64,000 nucleotides of DNA from Penicillus capitatus (lineage: Eukaryota > Plantae > Chlorophyta), in assembly GCA_965649825.1 (NCBI GenBank), contig OZ287697.1, forward strand, positions 496,001 to 560,000, in the 5' to 3' direction. This document shows, in pieces, positions 47,979 to 61,013 of the stretch. Within the stretch, counting starts at the first letter, position 1. The number at the start of each line of letters is the position of its first letter. The notes under the pieces were generated by a model. The model had not been told where the DNA came from. It ran no database searches and worked only from the letters and a program-made list of their open reading frames with translations. The translations under genes were made by a program, and so were the position numbers.

Positions 47979-49428
47979 ATGTTTTCATTGATGCAAGAAT
48001 GCGGATGTGCACGACTGGGACGCCTAGCGACGCAGCGTGGCACCCTAACCACGCCAGCGATGCTCCTGTCGGTTCGAAAGGGCGATCTTCATGGTCTGAC
48101 GCCGGAGGAGATCCACTCTCTTGGCCATCTGCCAGGAATCATCCTCAATCCTTTCGACTTGTGTGAAGAAGGCTGAAAAACGATCAGAGAGAAAAGTGTG
48201 ATGTAGTGTGACAGAAGCTGTTCAGAAGAACTTGGATGGAGATGGCCGACAAACAGGATCCGAGCTTTTCAATTTGAACTCTCCTTTGACCATCGCAGTG
48301 CCCAAAGATGAGATGCAGAATGAATTTCTACCGTCGAACAATGACAAGGGCGTCTCCGTCATGCTCAGAACGGGAAAGAGACAGGTAAGACGCATGTTAA
48401 AGAGTGAGAACCAAAGGATCCATGGTTACATGTCAAAAAGATCACACCCGCTATGTACAGCACTCTGATCCGAAAGATACAGCCAGATATCAGTACCTGC
48501 CTTTGGGATGAGGCAATGCACTGGAATCGTTTGTCGTGATCTGAAAAGCGTGTGTGTATTCCGAAGGTTCCTGCCAATGCCAGCGACAAGAGAGTACAAG
48601 GTGCCGTTTTTCGCACGGCGAAGGTCCAAGGATGGAAAGTGTGTCGGATAAGGAGGTCACTTTTTCGCTGTAGTGGCTGGAGGACGCGATGAAATCGGAA
48701 AGGAATGAGGATCGGTTGACATGGGCCAATATTGTGGGTGGACCTTCGCCTGATCTCCGTCGCCTGTCTGCACAGAAGGTCAACGATTTGAAGCCGGATG
48801 GTTATGTACTCGGTGGTTTTGGCGGCGGCGGCGGCGGAGTCACCTCACCGTATAGCGATGCTGCACTGGAAATCACCCTTTCGCATCTCGATCCTCAGAA
48901 ACCGAGACTGATGACAGGCATTGTACGTCAAGCCGTGTGCATCCACACCATAGCGGACTTTTATGCTGTGATGGCAGCTGTCTCCGATCGACATGTGGAA
49001 GGTCATTGGATTGGGAGTGGACCTCGTTGACAGCAGCTTCATCTGGGACATCTGTTCTAAGGGACAAGCTCTGGTACAAGAGCCCACAGAACAGGACAAC
49101 GCATTTCGTTATCGGTTGCTCAATATGTACGACACGGCTTTGCAGTGGGTCGCCTGCACATTCTGAACGCTGCTGTCCACGTGTGTGTCTGCACAGAGGA
49201 GATGCACGTCCATTGGCACCGGATTGTCAGTGTCCCTGCTGTCAACGCCATTCGAGAGCCTATGTCCATCATTTGCTGACCGAGAACGAAATCTTGGGCA
49301 CCGTGCTACTGCAAATGCACAATCTATTTTGGATCTTTGCATTCTTTCGCCAAATTCAATTGTACATGCAACGAGAACAGCGGCTACAAGAGTTTGTTGT
49401 CGAAGGCCCTCGTACTTTATGCCCTTGA
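47979..49428 (+). CDS. QTRT2: Queuine tRNA-ribosyltransferase accessory subunit
   Basis: ARLGRL...TTPAMLL, GYVLGGF, zinc site CQCPCCQRHSRAYVHHLLTENEILGTVLLQMHN. No DSGG catalytic motif was seen. Confidence 0.88.
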
Positions 49429-49898
49429 CAGTTCAGTATCAAGTGAAAAGAATATTCCAAGTAAAGCAACAATTGAAGGTAAACACACACAGGCTTATGC
49501 ACGTCCGTTCACCTTGTGAGTTCATTATGCTTGGTTCAATCCCATTATGAGATTAAGAGATCAAATATATCAAATGGTATCGCACATAAGATCCGACAAA
49601 AGTGTGCAACAGACAACTCCGTGCCGATTTATTATTGGACAAGGACGGAGTGCGATGCTTTATTCTGAGTCTTACTGGTCGTCTGAGAATTCGGCCCAGA
49701 GAGCGACCAGCTCATCTTATTCATGAAATACTGAATGTCCGTGTTAGTGGGGACTTCAGTTTCTTGAAAGTTGAAAAAAGCGACTAGTGAAATGCATTTC
49801 CAAGTCTAATCTAAAAACCTTTTGCACAAAGCGAGTCATCATCATAGATGGAAACAAGATTGCAGTCGCGCTTTTATTCAGTTCCGTACAGGAATGTG

Positions 49899-51836
49899 TT
49901 ATGAAGTGCCAAAAACAAAATGAGCGTACTTATGCGTATTGAGAGGAGATGACGAGCCATCTGAATCTGTGGCAGTCGAATCAAATAGCGGAGGATAAAC
50001 GTTTCTTGGAAGGCTACTGGTTTTGCAGAAATTGTTGTTGTTGTTACTGCTGCTGTTACTGCTGTTGTTTATGAAGTGAGGTTGAGAACATGCCAAAGAT
50101 TCGATGAATGTAAAGTGCTTTGGAATCTTGGTGCCGCTTCCCACGTCCAAAAATAGTTGAGCACTTTGATTCGCCATGACCCAAGAGCATAGACTGCGTC
50201 TCTTCAGATCCAAGGCGTCGATGAGGTAGTGCTCGATATACGCACCCTGACACGATATCTCTTTGACCGACAGCACGAAGCTCCCAGGCTCAGAACTGAT
50301 CCGAACGAGAAAAGTTCCGGGGACCTCTTGTTCAAGGATTTCCTCGCTTTTTGTGCGATCGACCCAGAAGGGACAGATCCTGACCATGTCATCAGAACAC
50401 CACAGGAAGTTCTCCCTCTTCAGAGAGACAAGGCAAGCCAAGTACCACTTTGCAAACTTATCGAAAAGCCGACGATGGTCTTCGACGCTGCTCAAATACC
50501 ACGGCTCACTCACTAGATAGAACACGCACACGCATACGATGCCATTTGGCATTGGCCAGCGATTGACTACTTTGTGTAGTGAGCCCCTTTATTCCAAGCT
50601 TCACGCCAAGGAATCCCAGATCATAGAGCGTCAGGCCTCGATTGAAGTGGCACTGGTTGTATGCAGCGAGGATCCATTCCCTGACATCTTGCGGAATAGA
50701 CTGTTGCTGCGAGCCTCCAGCAGGGTCCTTATTACATGAAGAGGAAGACTGAGGTATCTAATCACAGCAACACACCACAGCACAGCACAGCACGAAGTCA
50801 GCACACACACGATGGTGGACGGAATCAGAGCGCACCGTCTGAGACGTTGTCAGCGAGGATCTGTCAGTTATTTCCAAGAACGGATGGTCATTAGCCAGTA
50901 TGCAGCAAGCTTTGCAGTACTGGTCCGTTTTTCTGCAAAGCAGCCAAGAGAACATCATCTAGAGGATGGATGGCTGTGTCCTGTGCCGTGTTTACCTCGA
51001 AAGGACGATCGTAGGACGTTTATAGATAATACAGAGGATATCATCTCGAACACGAGCAACAAACAGCAGCCACCTCAACGCCATCCTTGACGAAGTCTTG
51101 AAGTGCATGTCTACAAATTCGAAAGTCTCTTGGACGCTCGTATACGGTTCGTCCTTATTCGTTTGGCGATTCTGTGCCAAACACACCGTCATTCATCTCA
51201 AGCCTCGGCATAAAGCATTCAGAGCAGAGATGTCATACCTCCAGGCACTTGTAAATGGAGGCATTGGCTAAACCGCTATCGGATGGGAGGGTGGCGAAGC
51301 TGTTTTGCGATGCTTGTTTCAGAAACGACGCCAGAGAGTCTTTCGTGAGAGAGTACACATTCACCTTGATCGGCACCTGAGAACAATGCTTCCCAAAACA
51401 CGCTGAAATTTGAACCTGTCAGCATCCACCGACCCATCCATGGTCCATCCCATTTTTAATGTATCTCCAGACCTTAAACGGCGGCGAGCAAGCTTTCTTT
51501 TGAGTGACTGGCTTTCGGAAAGAAGGCGGAGCTTGAGAAATGGACATATCGACCGTGAGCAAGTCGTCCATCTTCACAGCCGATGCCCGAGTGCACGCCT
51601 TTTCTTGACAGTTCCATTGCCGTGACTCGACAACTGCACACACAGACCCAACAACATTCGTCTCAATTCTGCCGTCACTTATCAGCCGAAGGCAATTACT
51701 TTTTTGCTCAGGAAGATAGCAGACGAGGCTGAGCTGCTCCTGAAGTATACAGCCAACGTGAGACACGTCTCAAGGATCCCTGCGGTACGGTTACTTCGCG
51801 GGTTGGCATTATGTCTGCTTTTTGCATAGAGCTCAT
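49899..51836 (-). CDS. STAT-like SH2-domain protein (plant STATL/SH2 domain protein-like)
   Basis: SH2: ICPFWVDRTKSEEILEQEVPGTFLVRISSEPGSFVLSVK...IEHYLID. Linker-like EWILAAYNQCHFNRGLTLYDLGFL..KL and FDKFAKWY. Upstream SISQAPPSFRKPVTQKKACSPPFKVQI. The 5' exons are approximate. Confidence 0.8.
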
Positions 51837-52093
51837 GATTTGTTGATGGCAAAAGAGCGCGAGAGCGTCGTAAACAATATGCGGCAGTCAATGGGTAAGA
51901 ACGATCACTGGACAAAGGCGTGTGCTGAAATGAGCGCGTCCTGTTTTCAATTGGATACCCAACCGAAGCTAAACACGCGCTTTAGAGAATTGAGACCAAT
52001 CAAGATTGCTTGCTCGTCAACCGCCGTCTACATTAAGCGGGACTGAACGGAATAGACGGATTCATCCGACAAAGCTACGCTTGCGGCGCGATC

Positions 52094-53587
52094 ATGTTGC
52101 GCGCCGTCACTCGGAAACGTTGTCTGTGGACGCCAACGTATCGTCTACTATCGGGAACGCCATTCGAAAACGCGTCGCCGTCGACGGACCTTAAGGACGT
52201 CTTGAAAGAGAAGATCCCTGAGAAGCAGGCAGAAGTCAAACAGGTCAGAACAGAACATGGCGAGAAGACACTGGGAAACGTGACGGTCAACATGTGCCTT
52301 CGCGGGATGCGTGGCATTCCGGGTCTCCTATGGGAGACGTCTCTTCTCGATCCCGAAGAGGGCATACGTTTTCGGTAATGTCATCATAGAGGAGGATGTC
52401 GCGATGTATGGCAGTGCGTGATAGGGGCTACAGCATTCCGGAGCTGCAGGAAACGTTGCCCGCCGCCGTGCCAAAGGGAGAGCCGTTGCCCGAGGGCCTA
52501 TTGTGGCTTCTGTTGACCGGCGACGTTCCTTCTAAAGAACAGGTCAAAGGAGTGACAGAAGAGCTGCGGACACGAGAGAAACTCCCCGGACACATTCACG
52601 GCGTTCTGGATGCAATGCCTCCGAACACGCATCCGATGACGTACTTCGCCCAAGCCATTCTCGCATTGCAGCCAGCCAGCCATTTCGCCAAAGCGTATGA
52701 AAGCGGCGTGCACAAATCGGAGCTCTGGCAGCATTGCTACGAGGATTCCATGGATATCATCGCAAAGCTTCCGCAGATTGCTGCTCTGATTTATCGAAAG
52801 CTCTACAAAAACGGAAACCTCATTCCTCCGGATGGATCTCTCGATTGGGCAGGGAATCTGTCGCATATGATGGGATACGATCGCGAAGATGCACAGGAAC
52901 TGATGCGTCTGTATCAGACAATCCACAGTGATCACGAGGGCGGTAATGTCAGTGCCCATACCTGTCATCTGGTTGGCAGTGCTCTGTCCGATCCCTATCT
53001 TGCCTTTTCGTCCTGTCTCAATGGCCTGGCTGGTCCATTGCATGGACTGGCCAATCAAGAAGTCCTCAGATGGCTCAATACTGTCACCAAACAGGTATAC
53101 CCACCTGTCGATCACGTTTCTCACATATGCTCACTCTTTTGTGGTGTAGTTAGGAGAGCGTCCTTCTCAGGAGCAATTGACAGCGTTTATATGGGATACG
53201 CTGAAATCGGGTAAAGTGGTGCCTGGATTCGGCCATGCAGTTTTGCGCAAGACGGATCCACGTTATACCTGTCAACGTGCCTTTGCTCTTAAGCATCTTC
53301 CCGATGATCCCATGTTCAAGCTGGTCTCCGATCTCTACGAAGTGGCGCCGAAAGTGCTGAGCGAGACAGGCAAAGTGCAGAATCCCTGGCCAAATGTCGA
53401 TGCCCATTCCGGCGTCCTACTACAGTACTATGGCATCACAGAAGAGAATTTCTACACCGTCCTCTTTGGCGTTTCCCGTGCTCTGGGCGTCATGTCTCAA
53501 GGCATCTGGTCCAGAGCTCTCGGTCTGCCCATCGAACGACCCAAGAGTCTCACTCTCGCTGCCCTCAAACAACGCATCGCTAAATGA
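52094..53587 (+). CDS. CS: Citrate synthase, mitochondrial
   Basis: [81 protein letters not shown]. Confidence 0.98.
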
Positions 53588-53622
53588 AATGCATCATCAT
53601 GAACTGAACGATCGTAGATGTC

Positions 53623-54249
53623 ATGGGAATGAATGTACGACGGGTAGATGGATTGACACATCTGCTGGCGTTTTGCGATGCTCCTGAACGCCGCTTCTCG
53701 TTTCCCGAACGTCGCGCGCCTCGAAGGCACACGCGTCGCTGCACGGTCCCGACGCACGCCACGCCGGGCGTCTCTCCGACCCCGAGCAACGGCAGGTTCT
53801 TTACGAATGGCACCCACTCGCCCTCCCACACACATGCGTTCGTGGCAGAGTCGGAGACGCAAGTCCAACAGTCGACGCTAGAACTCATGCGTCATTTCTC
53901 CGAGACCTACTGCAAACGGTGCGTCGCCATTCTGCCTCGGGCAATCACCGACAGATGTCCGATGATCAGGAGTGATACCTATTTCTGCGCGGATAAGTCG
54001 GTGACAGCGACGGTGATCCATGGTCTGGCTGAGCATAAGGAACGTGTGGGTGCACCCCTGTGTCCTTGTCGTCACTATGACGATAAAGTAGCCGAAGTGA
54101 AGAACGGTTACTGGAACTGTCCCTGTGTGCCCATGAGGGAACGCAAAGAATGTCATTGTATGCTGTTCTTGACGAAAGACAACGCTTTTGTCGGCGAAGA
54201 TCAGGATATCTCGATGGAGGAGATTCTTGACGCACGTGGCGCTAAGTAG
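53623..54249 (+). CDS. FTRC: Ferredoxin-thioredoxin reductase catalytic subunit (plastid)
   Basis: GAPLCPCRHY, YWNCPCVPMRERKECHCMLFL. Transit peptide and one intron. Confidence 0.97.
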   Translation: MGMNVRRVDGLTHLLAFCDAPERRFSFPERRAPRRHTRRCTVPTHATPGVSPTPSNGRFFTNGTHSPSHTHAFVAESETQVQQSTLELMRHFSETYCKRCVAILPRAITDRCPMIRSDTYFCADKSVTATVIHGLAEHKERVGAPLCPCRHYDDKVAEVKNGYWNCPCVPMRERKECHCMLFLTKDNAFVGEDQDISMEEILDARGAK

Positions 54250-54327
54250 CTCGTTTTTGTGAAGCGGTGTCAACTGCGTCGTCGTCGTCGTCGATCGAAT
54301 GGTGTGCGCCAAGTGATGTGACGTCTC

Positions 54328-55996
54328 ATGGCCTCCAGGCATCCTGGCATCGCATGCGTTGGCGCGATGCGTTCTGTGCTGTCGTCCCCTCGGTCTTGCG
54401 CACAAGTGTCTCCCGCAAGGTCGGTGGCGATCCCTTTCGCGCGACGGTTGGAAAAACGACGGTGTCGACGACGCGCTCGCCTTCACAGCACCGACGCCAT
54501 GAATAGCTCCTCGCACTCGACACCCAATAGCGCGTCTGCCAGCGCAGCTGAATCATGACCGAGGCCTAAGTGTTGTCTAGGCGTGCTGTCGAACGCGACA
54601 TATCTATACGAACATGTATGGGAGAGTTCTCAGCCTTCGAGTGCCAGGTCTGACAATATTTCCCGCAGCAAACCGCGTCTCGTTGTCTTCAGCGGTGGAA
54701 CGGCCTTCAACAGCGTGGCAGGTATCGACGCCTTGTTCAGCACCGGCCCCAAGGCATCATCTCATGATGTGATGCATCAGAGAGGTTGACCAAATGGACA
54801 ACCGATGTGGCATACGTCCTGCCCGTTTCTGATGACGGCGGCAGTACAGCAGAAATCGTACGTGTGGTCGGCGGTCCTGCCGTTGGAGACATTCGCTCAC
54901 GTTGCCTCCGTCTCGCCGACAAATCCGACACAGAGGTCTCTATGGATGACATCCGTCGATGATGTGACAGCCCGCTCGTGTGTAGAGCCGTGCTGTCCGG
55001 ATGCTATTGGGACATCGTCTGTCATCTCAGAACGGTGATGAGGCAAAGTGTGAGTGGATGGAGATCGTGGAAGGAAGACACATGATGTGGAATGATGTGA
55101 CAGAGCCATACAAACACACCATTCGTGCCTTTCTCATCTTCTTCCAGAACGAAATCCTGCGCAACTGCCGCACGCATTTTGACTTCCGGAACGGATCGGT
55201 GGGAAATTTCTTCTTTGCTGGAGCCCGTCTCTTTTTCCATTCCTTAGAAGCGGCGATCTTTCTCTTTTCGAGAGTGACCCGTATTCCTGAGGGATCCAAA
55301 GTTCTGCCTGCCATTCAGACAGAGGAGCGCATTACACTTGGGGCACAGCTAAAGAACGGACTGTTTATCAGAGGCCAGAGTCAAATCTCACATCCGCAAG
55401 GGAGCAATATTCATATCGTGGATAAGCAGTGCGATGGCGGACCGTTGCCGGCTGCGATTCACAGAGTGTTCTATCTAGCCAGCGAAGGGACAGGTGTGGA
55501 GCACGAAGTGCAGTTCGAGGCAAATCGCTCCGTGATCACCGCTTTGGAACAGGCCGATATGATCGTCTACGGAATGGGCTCACTCTATACGAGCATTTGC
55601 TCCACACTGATCCTCAGAGGTATTGGAGAAGTGATTTCGGAGAAGTCTTGTCCAAAAGTGCTGCTTTTGAATGGGGGTCACGATCGAGAGACATACCTAT
55701 GTCGCTCGTCTGTGAAATCGGGCCCCATGTCGGCGAAGGACGTGTTGGAAGCGGTCGTCGATGCGCTGAACAGAATCAGTTGCGAGGGACTGGAGAATCC
55801 AGTGGAAAGATACGTCACGACGATTCTCTTTCCCCGAAACGGACGGATCGATATCAATCGGACGGAGTTGGAAGTCATGGGCGTCCGATCGATCATCGAA
55901 GTGGATTCGGTCACCGATCACAAATCCGCTGTGCGTTATCGGCCAGATGCCCTTGTCCAGATACTAACAGAAATCTCCGAGAGTCCCTGGACGTAG
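54328..55996 (+). CDS. UPF0052/YvcK/CofD-like protein (plant MEE18-like)
   Basis: LVVFSGGTAFNSVA, LPVSDDGGSTAEIVRVVGGPAVGDIRSRCLRL, GSVGNFFFAGAR, IVYGMGSLYTSI, KVLLLNGGHDRET. Confidence 0.9.
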
Positions 55997-56217
55997 TGGA
56001 TCCGCGCAAAACGGATCGAAACGCGATCACTGTCGAGTGGGTGGTGGTTGAACAGATGGGAGAAATTGGGAGAGAACGGATGATGATATCTCCTTGTCTG
56101 ATAACAATTCATGACCTCCATGCGTAACAAAGTGTCACACAGCACCGATCGTCGAAAAGAGATTTCGAGTCATCGAGTCGATAGAATCGTGGGACAGTCG
56201 TAGATACACCTGTCCCA

Positions 56218-56647
56218 TCAGTTACACGGATGGTCATCCGACGCACGGCGCTTGTGTCTTGTCTCCTGACAACGGACGACATCTGCATTTCCAACGGTAA
56301 ACGCTCCGCACCCTCCTCTCAAAGCCAACACCTGTCATCGCCGTCACATCATGGCGGCCGTTGTGATGTCGCGCGTACCAAGTGTAGAACGGACCCGCCC
56401 TCGATGTTGTACTCTCGGGCGATTTTGTCATCGTTCATCTGCTTTCCAGCAAATATCAGACTGCGATCGAAACAGGACAGCAGTGAAGAGGGAGGGATGC
56501 TGTCGACGGACAGATGCTTTACCGTTGCTGGACGGGAGGAATCCCTTCCTTCTCTTCCACACGTTCTTTGATTCGATAGATGGTATCTGTGGGATCGATG
56601 TCAATCTCAATCTCTTTTCCTGTCAGTGTCTTCACTTTTATCATCAT
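56218..56647 (-). CDS. RUB1: NEDD8/RUB1 precursor
   Basis: [76 protein letters not shown] plus an extension. Two introns. Confidence 0.95.
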
Positions 56648-56908
56648 TCCGCCACTGAATCCACGAAGCGAGATGTCAAGCGAGCGGCAAAGGATTTGTG
56701 GTCACCGCAAACCAAGGTCGCAAATCTCCCAGGAGGATGTCGACTGCCGGTACTTTGCCGAGGTTCGTGGCGAGAGAATCTGCCGGACGGCGCTGTGGCG
56801 ACGTGAATGCTCTTCCGTAGACGGTCGTTGCATCGAACTGCCGAAGCAAACGACGATAGAGCGATTTCGAATGACGGTGCGTTTACGGCGCAATGGCTCA
56901 TCATTCTC

Positions 56909-57968
56909 ATGGCTGCGCTTCACATGGACGATTTCGCAGCGCATGGCCTTAGACTGTCGACAGAGAAAAAAGTATGCCAGCCGCGACGCCCTACGTCAAA
57001 CATCCAGACGCATCCAAAGGTTGCCATCGCCATGTCGCTCAAGGCGGAAGAGCGACGCGGCAAGTATTCGCGTTTGGCATTTTGGGGCGTCATTCAGACG
57101 GAGAACGGCCAGGCATTCATGCGCTGCGTCCTCCTCAAGGGCAATCGGAATGTGTGGTCGTGTGTAGGACTACTATCTTCTGAGAGCCGAAGTGCCGACA
57201 CTCGGATCGGACGATCTCTATCACTCCGAAAATCGCTACCTCGCCAGTCAGGATGGCACGACGTGGTTCTTGCTACCGACAGTCGACGCATCCGTTGCGT
57301 CCTTTGCCCTCTCACTGACGTCTCGCTTCTCGGGTCGACGCGTATCGGAACGATCGCGATTTCAGCCGTTTGCCGTTTGACAGGCGACATCTCGAAAACC
57401 TATACCGTTTCGGAAGATCGGGGAACGGAAGACGGCAACGATGCGAAGCGATTGGAGATCACAGAGCAACAGCGATTGCGTGCCGTCGTCGATGCCATAA
57501 CGCGTGATACCGATATCGCCCCGCAGGTTTACACGTGCGCACTCAGGCAATCGATCGTTGGCGTATCCGATTCGACAGGGCAGCGAAGTGCGTGCACCGG
57601 ATGGTCGACGCTACGCCAATCCACATTTCCATGGACTGTCATATCCAGACCATCTCTCTTCCTATATCTACCGAACCACCGGTGTGGATCCTCCCTTTGA
57701 GGTGCTTCATGAAATAACGCGGACTGGCAGGTCATGTTCTCTCTGAAGTCCACAAGGAACGATGGCATCTGGCCTACGATGGCCTTCACGTGCGTGTGCA
57801 TCTGTCTGCCCATGCTCGATCGATATGTATTTTCAGGGCGGCGCTGTTTTGAAGCATCTCTACTGGCTTGGGTATGCGTTCTGTTTCGCCGGTGATACAT
57901 GTATCACGTGGAATGGCGTTTATATTGGAAATGGATCTCCGAACTCTTACATTTCCTTCATGCTCTAA
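56909..57968 (+). CDS. RSPH9: Radial spoke head protein 9
   Basis: GLRLSTEKK, LAFWGVI, EQQRLRAVVDAITRDTDIAP, HLYWLGYAFCF...YIGNG. Confidence 0.8.
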
Positions 57969-58208
57969 CCGACGGCGTAAATGTTTCTTCACGGCTAACC
58001 AGAACGCGCAAAGTACATAGGATTGGTGGTTACCGAAGACGTTCAAAAGGGCAGCAGCAGCTGTTGTTTCTTGAATCATTTCATCGTTGTCCTGAGCGTC
58101 ATTCTTCTGTCATAGTCGGGGACGGTGTCTTTTCACGTGTGCTAAGTACAGCCCTATAGAAAGTTGACCCGCCATTATCTCCGGCTGTCGATTTTCAGGC
58201 CGACCTGT

Positions 58209-58820
58209 ATGATGAACTGCGGTATATGCCGCGAGCGGTTTCGCTTGACTGAGGACCGCGTTCCAAGAGTGTTCCCTTGCGGCCATTGCTACTGCCACAA
58301 ATGCATTGACTTGCTTCTGAAGTTCTGTCCTTCACGTCAGCGTTGTCCAGAATGTCGAAAGATGATCGGCGGCACACGTCCAGAAGCGTTCCCCAAAAAC
58401 TTCAAGCTCCTCGACATCATAAGCAAGAAGAAACCGAAATCAAAACAGACAGAACTAGCCAAGGCTTCTGAAGCAGTAAGGCATCGTCAACATATCAAAT
58501 TCTGGGTGTGGTTCAGTCAGTCGCTGTAGTAGAGTCCAAGTTTGGTTGGGCATTGGAAGACATTCTACGAAAAAGCTGCTATGTTCTGCAATAAATCCCA
58601 GCTTTTAGTAGACTCTTTTTTCCGCAAGGATGCAATCGTGGGGCAGTGCAACAGTGAGGCGGTGTTGGTTCTGGAGCAATTAAAGCGCCTTTCCCGCAAG
58701 CTTAATGATCTCCAGCCCACACTGGCTGTATCGACAGCGCATCAGGAGGTGCTTATGCCCAAACGACACTCTCAAAGACGATCTCAACCACCACAGCCGA
58801 GACAGCGCTGGCGCTACTGA
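58209..58820 (+). CDS. RING-HC finger protein (putative E3 ligase)
   Basis: CGICRERF...PRVFPCGHCYCHKC...CPECR followed by FPKNFKLLDII. Confidence 0.85.
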
Positions 58821-59338
58821 TCTTGAATGCCGTGCATTTTGCCTGTCAACAAACAATATGGCCTTCTCTCCTAAGAGACGTCTGACGCGCACCGCCAACC
58901 ACGAGTCATGTCTCCTGCACTTGATATCAAGAGATCTCAAAGGGATCGGAATTTGCTGTTGTTCCTTCGATGCGTGTGTGTGTTTGTTAGATGTCAAAAA
59001 AATACCAAAAAAAGCCTATCGATTGCTCAATTGTAAAGCTCCTTTAGTTTGTATTAGGATCTTTTTCGTGAAACCGTATATTACTGGTGACAGGCAGCCT
59101 GTTATCCAATCTGAGATCCGGTTTAAAGAATGGCCACTACTTACTCTTTCATGTAAGAAAGCAAGAAGAGAGGAGCACTTACGAGTGGTGACTGAATGGA
59201 CAGACACCCTTAGCACCTTACCTGCCTTTAAATGACAGCATTGTCAAGCAACACTGGGTGGTACATGTAGGAGGGCCAACCACAACACGCCTGTACGATC
59301 GATCGATCGCATACGACAATGTCGTGCAGCCGTTGCAT

Positions 59339-60988
59339 ATGATGAAGGTCGTTATCATCGGAGGTGGCATTGCTGGTGTCTGTTGCGCCGAGGAGCTCGC
59401 TGCGATTCTGACCCAACCGACTGATGTCGTTATTCTCGTCTCTGCTTCGAACGTCCTGAAAGTGCGGTTTCGATCCGATGCGGTCACTTTTGTAACGTCG
59501 GCGGTCAGGGAGTCGGCAATGTCCAGAGACTCACACCACACATCGAGCAATTTGATGTGATCGAGAAATCGGTGGCATCGCTAGAAGCCACGCCCCGTCT
59601 GTCGATAGTAAAAGGAGCCGTTATGGACATTCGTCTGCAGAAGAAGGTTGCTTGAACATGGAGACATGCATGGATGAATGGTATCTGTGTGTTCTGGACG
59701 TACAGGAGGTCGTCCTTTCCAGTAACGTTGTCCTTGGATTCGATAAACTCTGCATTTGCACCGGGGCCAAGCCCAAAGTCGTATCGAAGCCTGTCATGTG
59801 TGTTGGGTGTGGAAAGTGCAATTACGTGTAGGTCTTGTCCTCGAGTCCCCATGTCTTGACCCTCCGAGACATGTACAGTGTGCATCGTCTTCAGGAGAGA
59901 CTGACAACGGCACAGTGCGTCATGGTTGTTGGCAATGGTGGCATTGCATTGGATCTCATGTCAGTTCTCGGATGCCCAATGGCGATGAACTCAATCGTGG
60001 CTTGTGGTGTCAGGTCTGGTCTGACGGGATTCGAGTTGATTTGGGTATTGAAGCATGGACACATCGGCGAGGCGTTCTTCGATCGCCATACAGCAGGCTT
60101 TCTACTCGAAGGGTTGTCCAAGAGGCCATCTGGCGTACCGACACCCTCTGCGAAGCCGACCTCAACCCCGGATCCCAGTACAGAAGACTGTCTGGGCGAA
60201 GCGGTCGGTCCAAATTGGATTCAGAAGATCTCCATGTCTTCTTCCCGCCGAGAAACGCACGTCACACTCGAAACGGAATGCCAAGTGGCATCCATTGAAG
60301 ATCTGCCAGAGGATGCCGAGCACCGTGTCCGAGTTGTCTTGACAAACGGACAGGTGTATGAGGTGGATGTCGTGATCGCTGCTATTGGCGTCGATCCCTT
60401 CCTTCGATGGGTTCCCACCGAGGTGCAACGCGGAGAGGATGGTGGACTGCTCGTCGATCAGAACATGCAAACGAACCGTGAAGATATCTACGCTGCTGGA
60501 GACTGCTGCACTGTCGATTGGGGCTCCGATGCATCACCTCACTGGTTTCAAATGCGCTTATGGACACAGGTCGTCCTCCCGACATGCATACCGTGACTGT
60601 TTATGATGATATGAGAGCGATACAGGCGAAGATCATGGGCATCCATGCTGCTCAATGCATGGCAGGTATGGCCGACGGCCCCGGGATTGCTTTTGAGCTG
60701 TTCACGCACGTCACACGTCTTTTGCAGCAAAAAGTGATTCTGTTGGGGCAGTATGCTCTTGACAGAGATCCAGATGCACGCGTCGTTTGCCACCATCGGA
60801 TCTGGGAAACTGAGAGTGGGCGTTGCTATGCTCGTGTGCTGCTGGTGGATGGCAAAGTACAGGGAGCTATCCTGATTGGAGATACGGAGCTCGAAGAGAC
60901 CATGGAGAATCTTATTCTGGACAGATTGGACGTCTCTCGTTACGGTGAACATCTGTTGGACCCAGACATCGATCATGTCTTCGATTAA
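59339..60988 (+). CDS. PYROXD1: Pyridine nucleotide-disulfide oxidoreductase domain-containing protein 1
   Basis: VVIIGGGIAGVCCAEEL, VVGNGGIALDL, HIGEAFFD, IYAAGDCC, WFQMRLWTQA, FELFTHVTRLLQQKVILLGQY. Confidence 0.93.
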
Positions 60989-61013
60989 ACATACAACGAC
61001 ACAGCGTTCCTGG

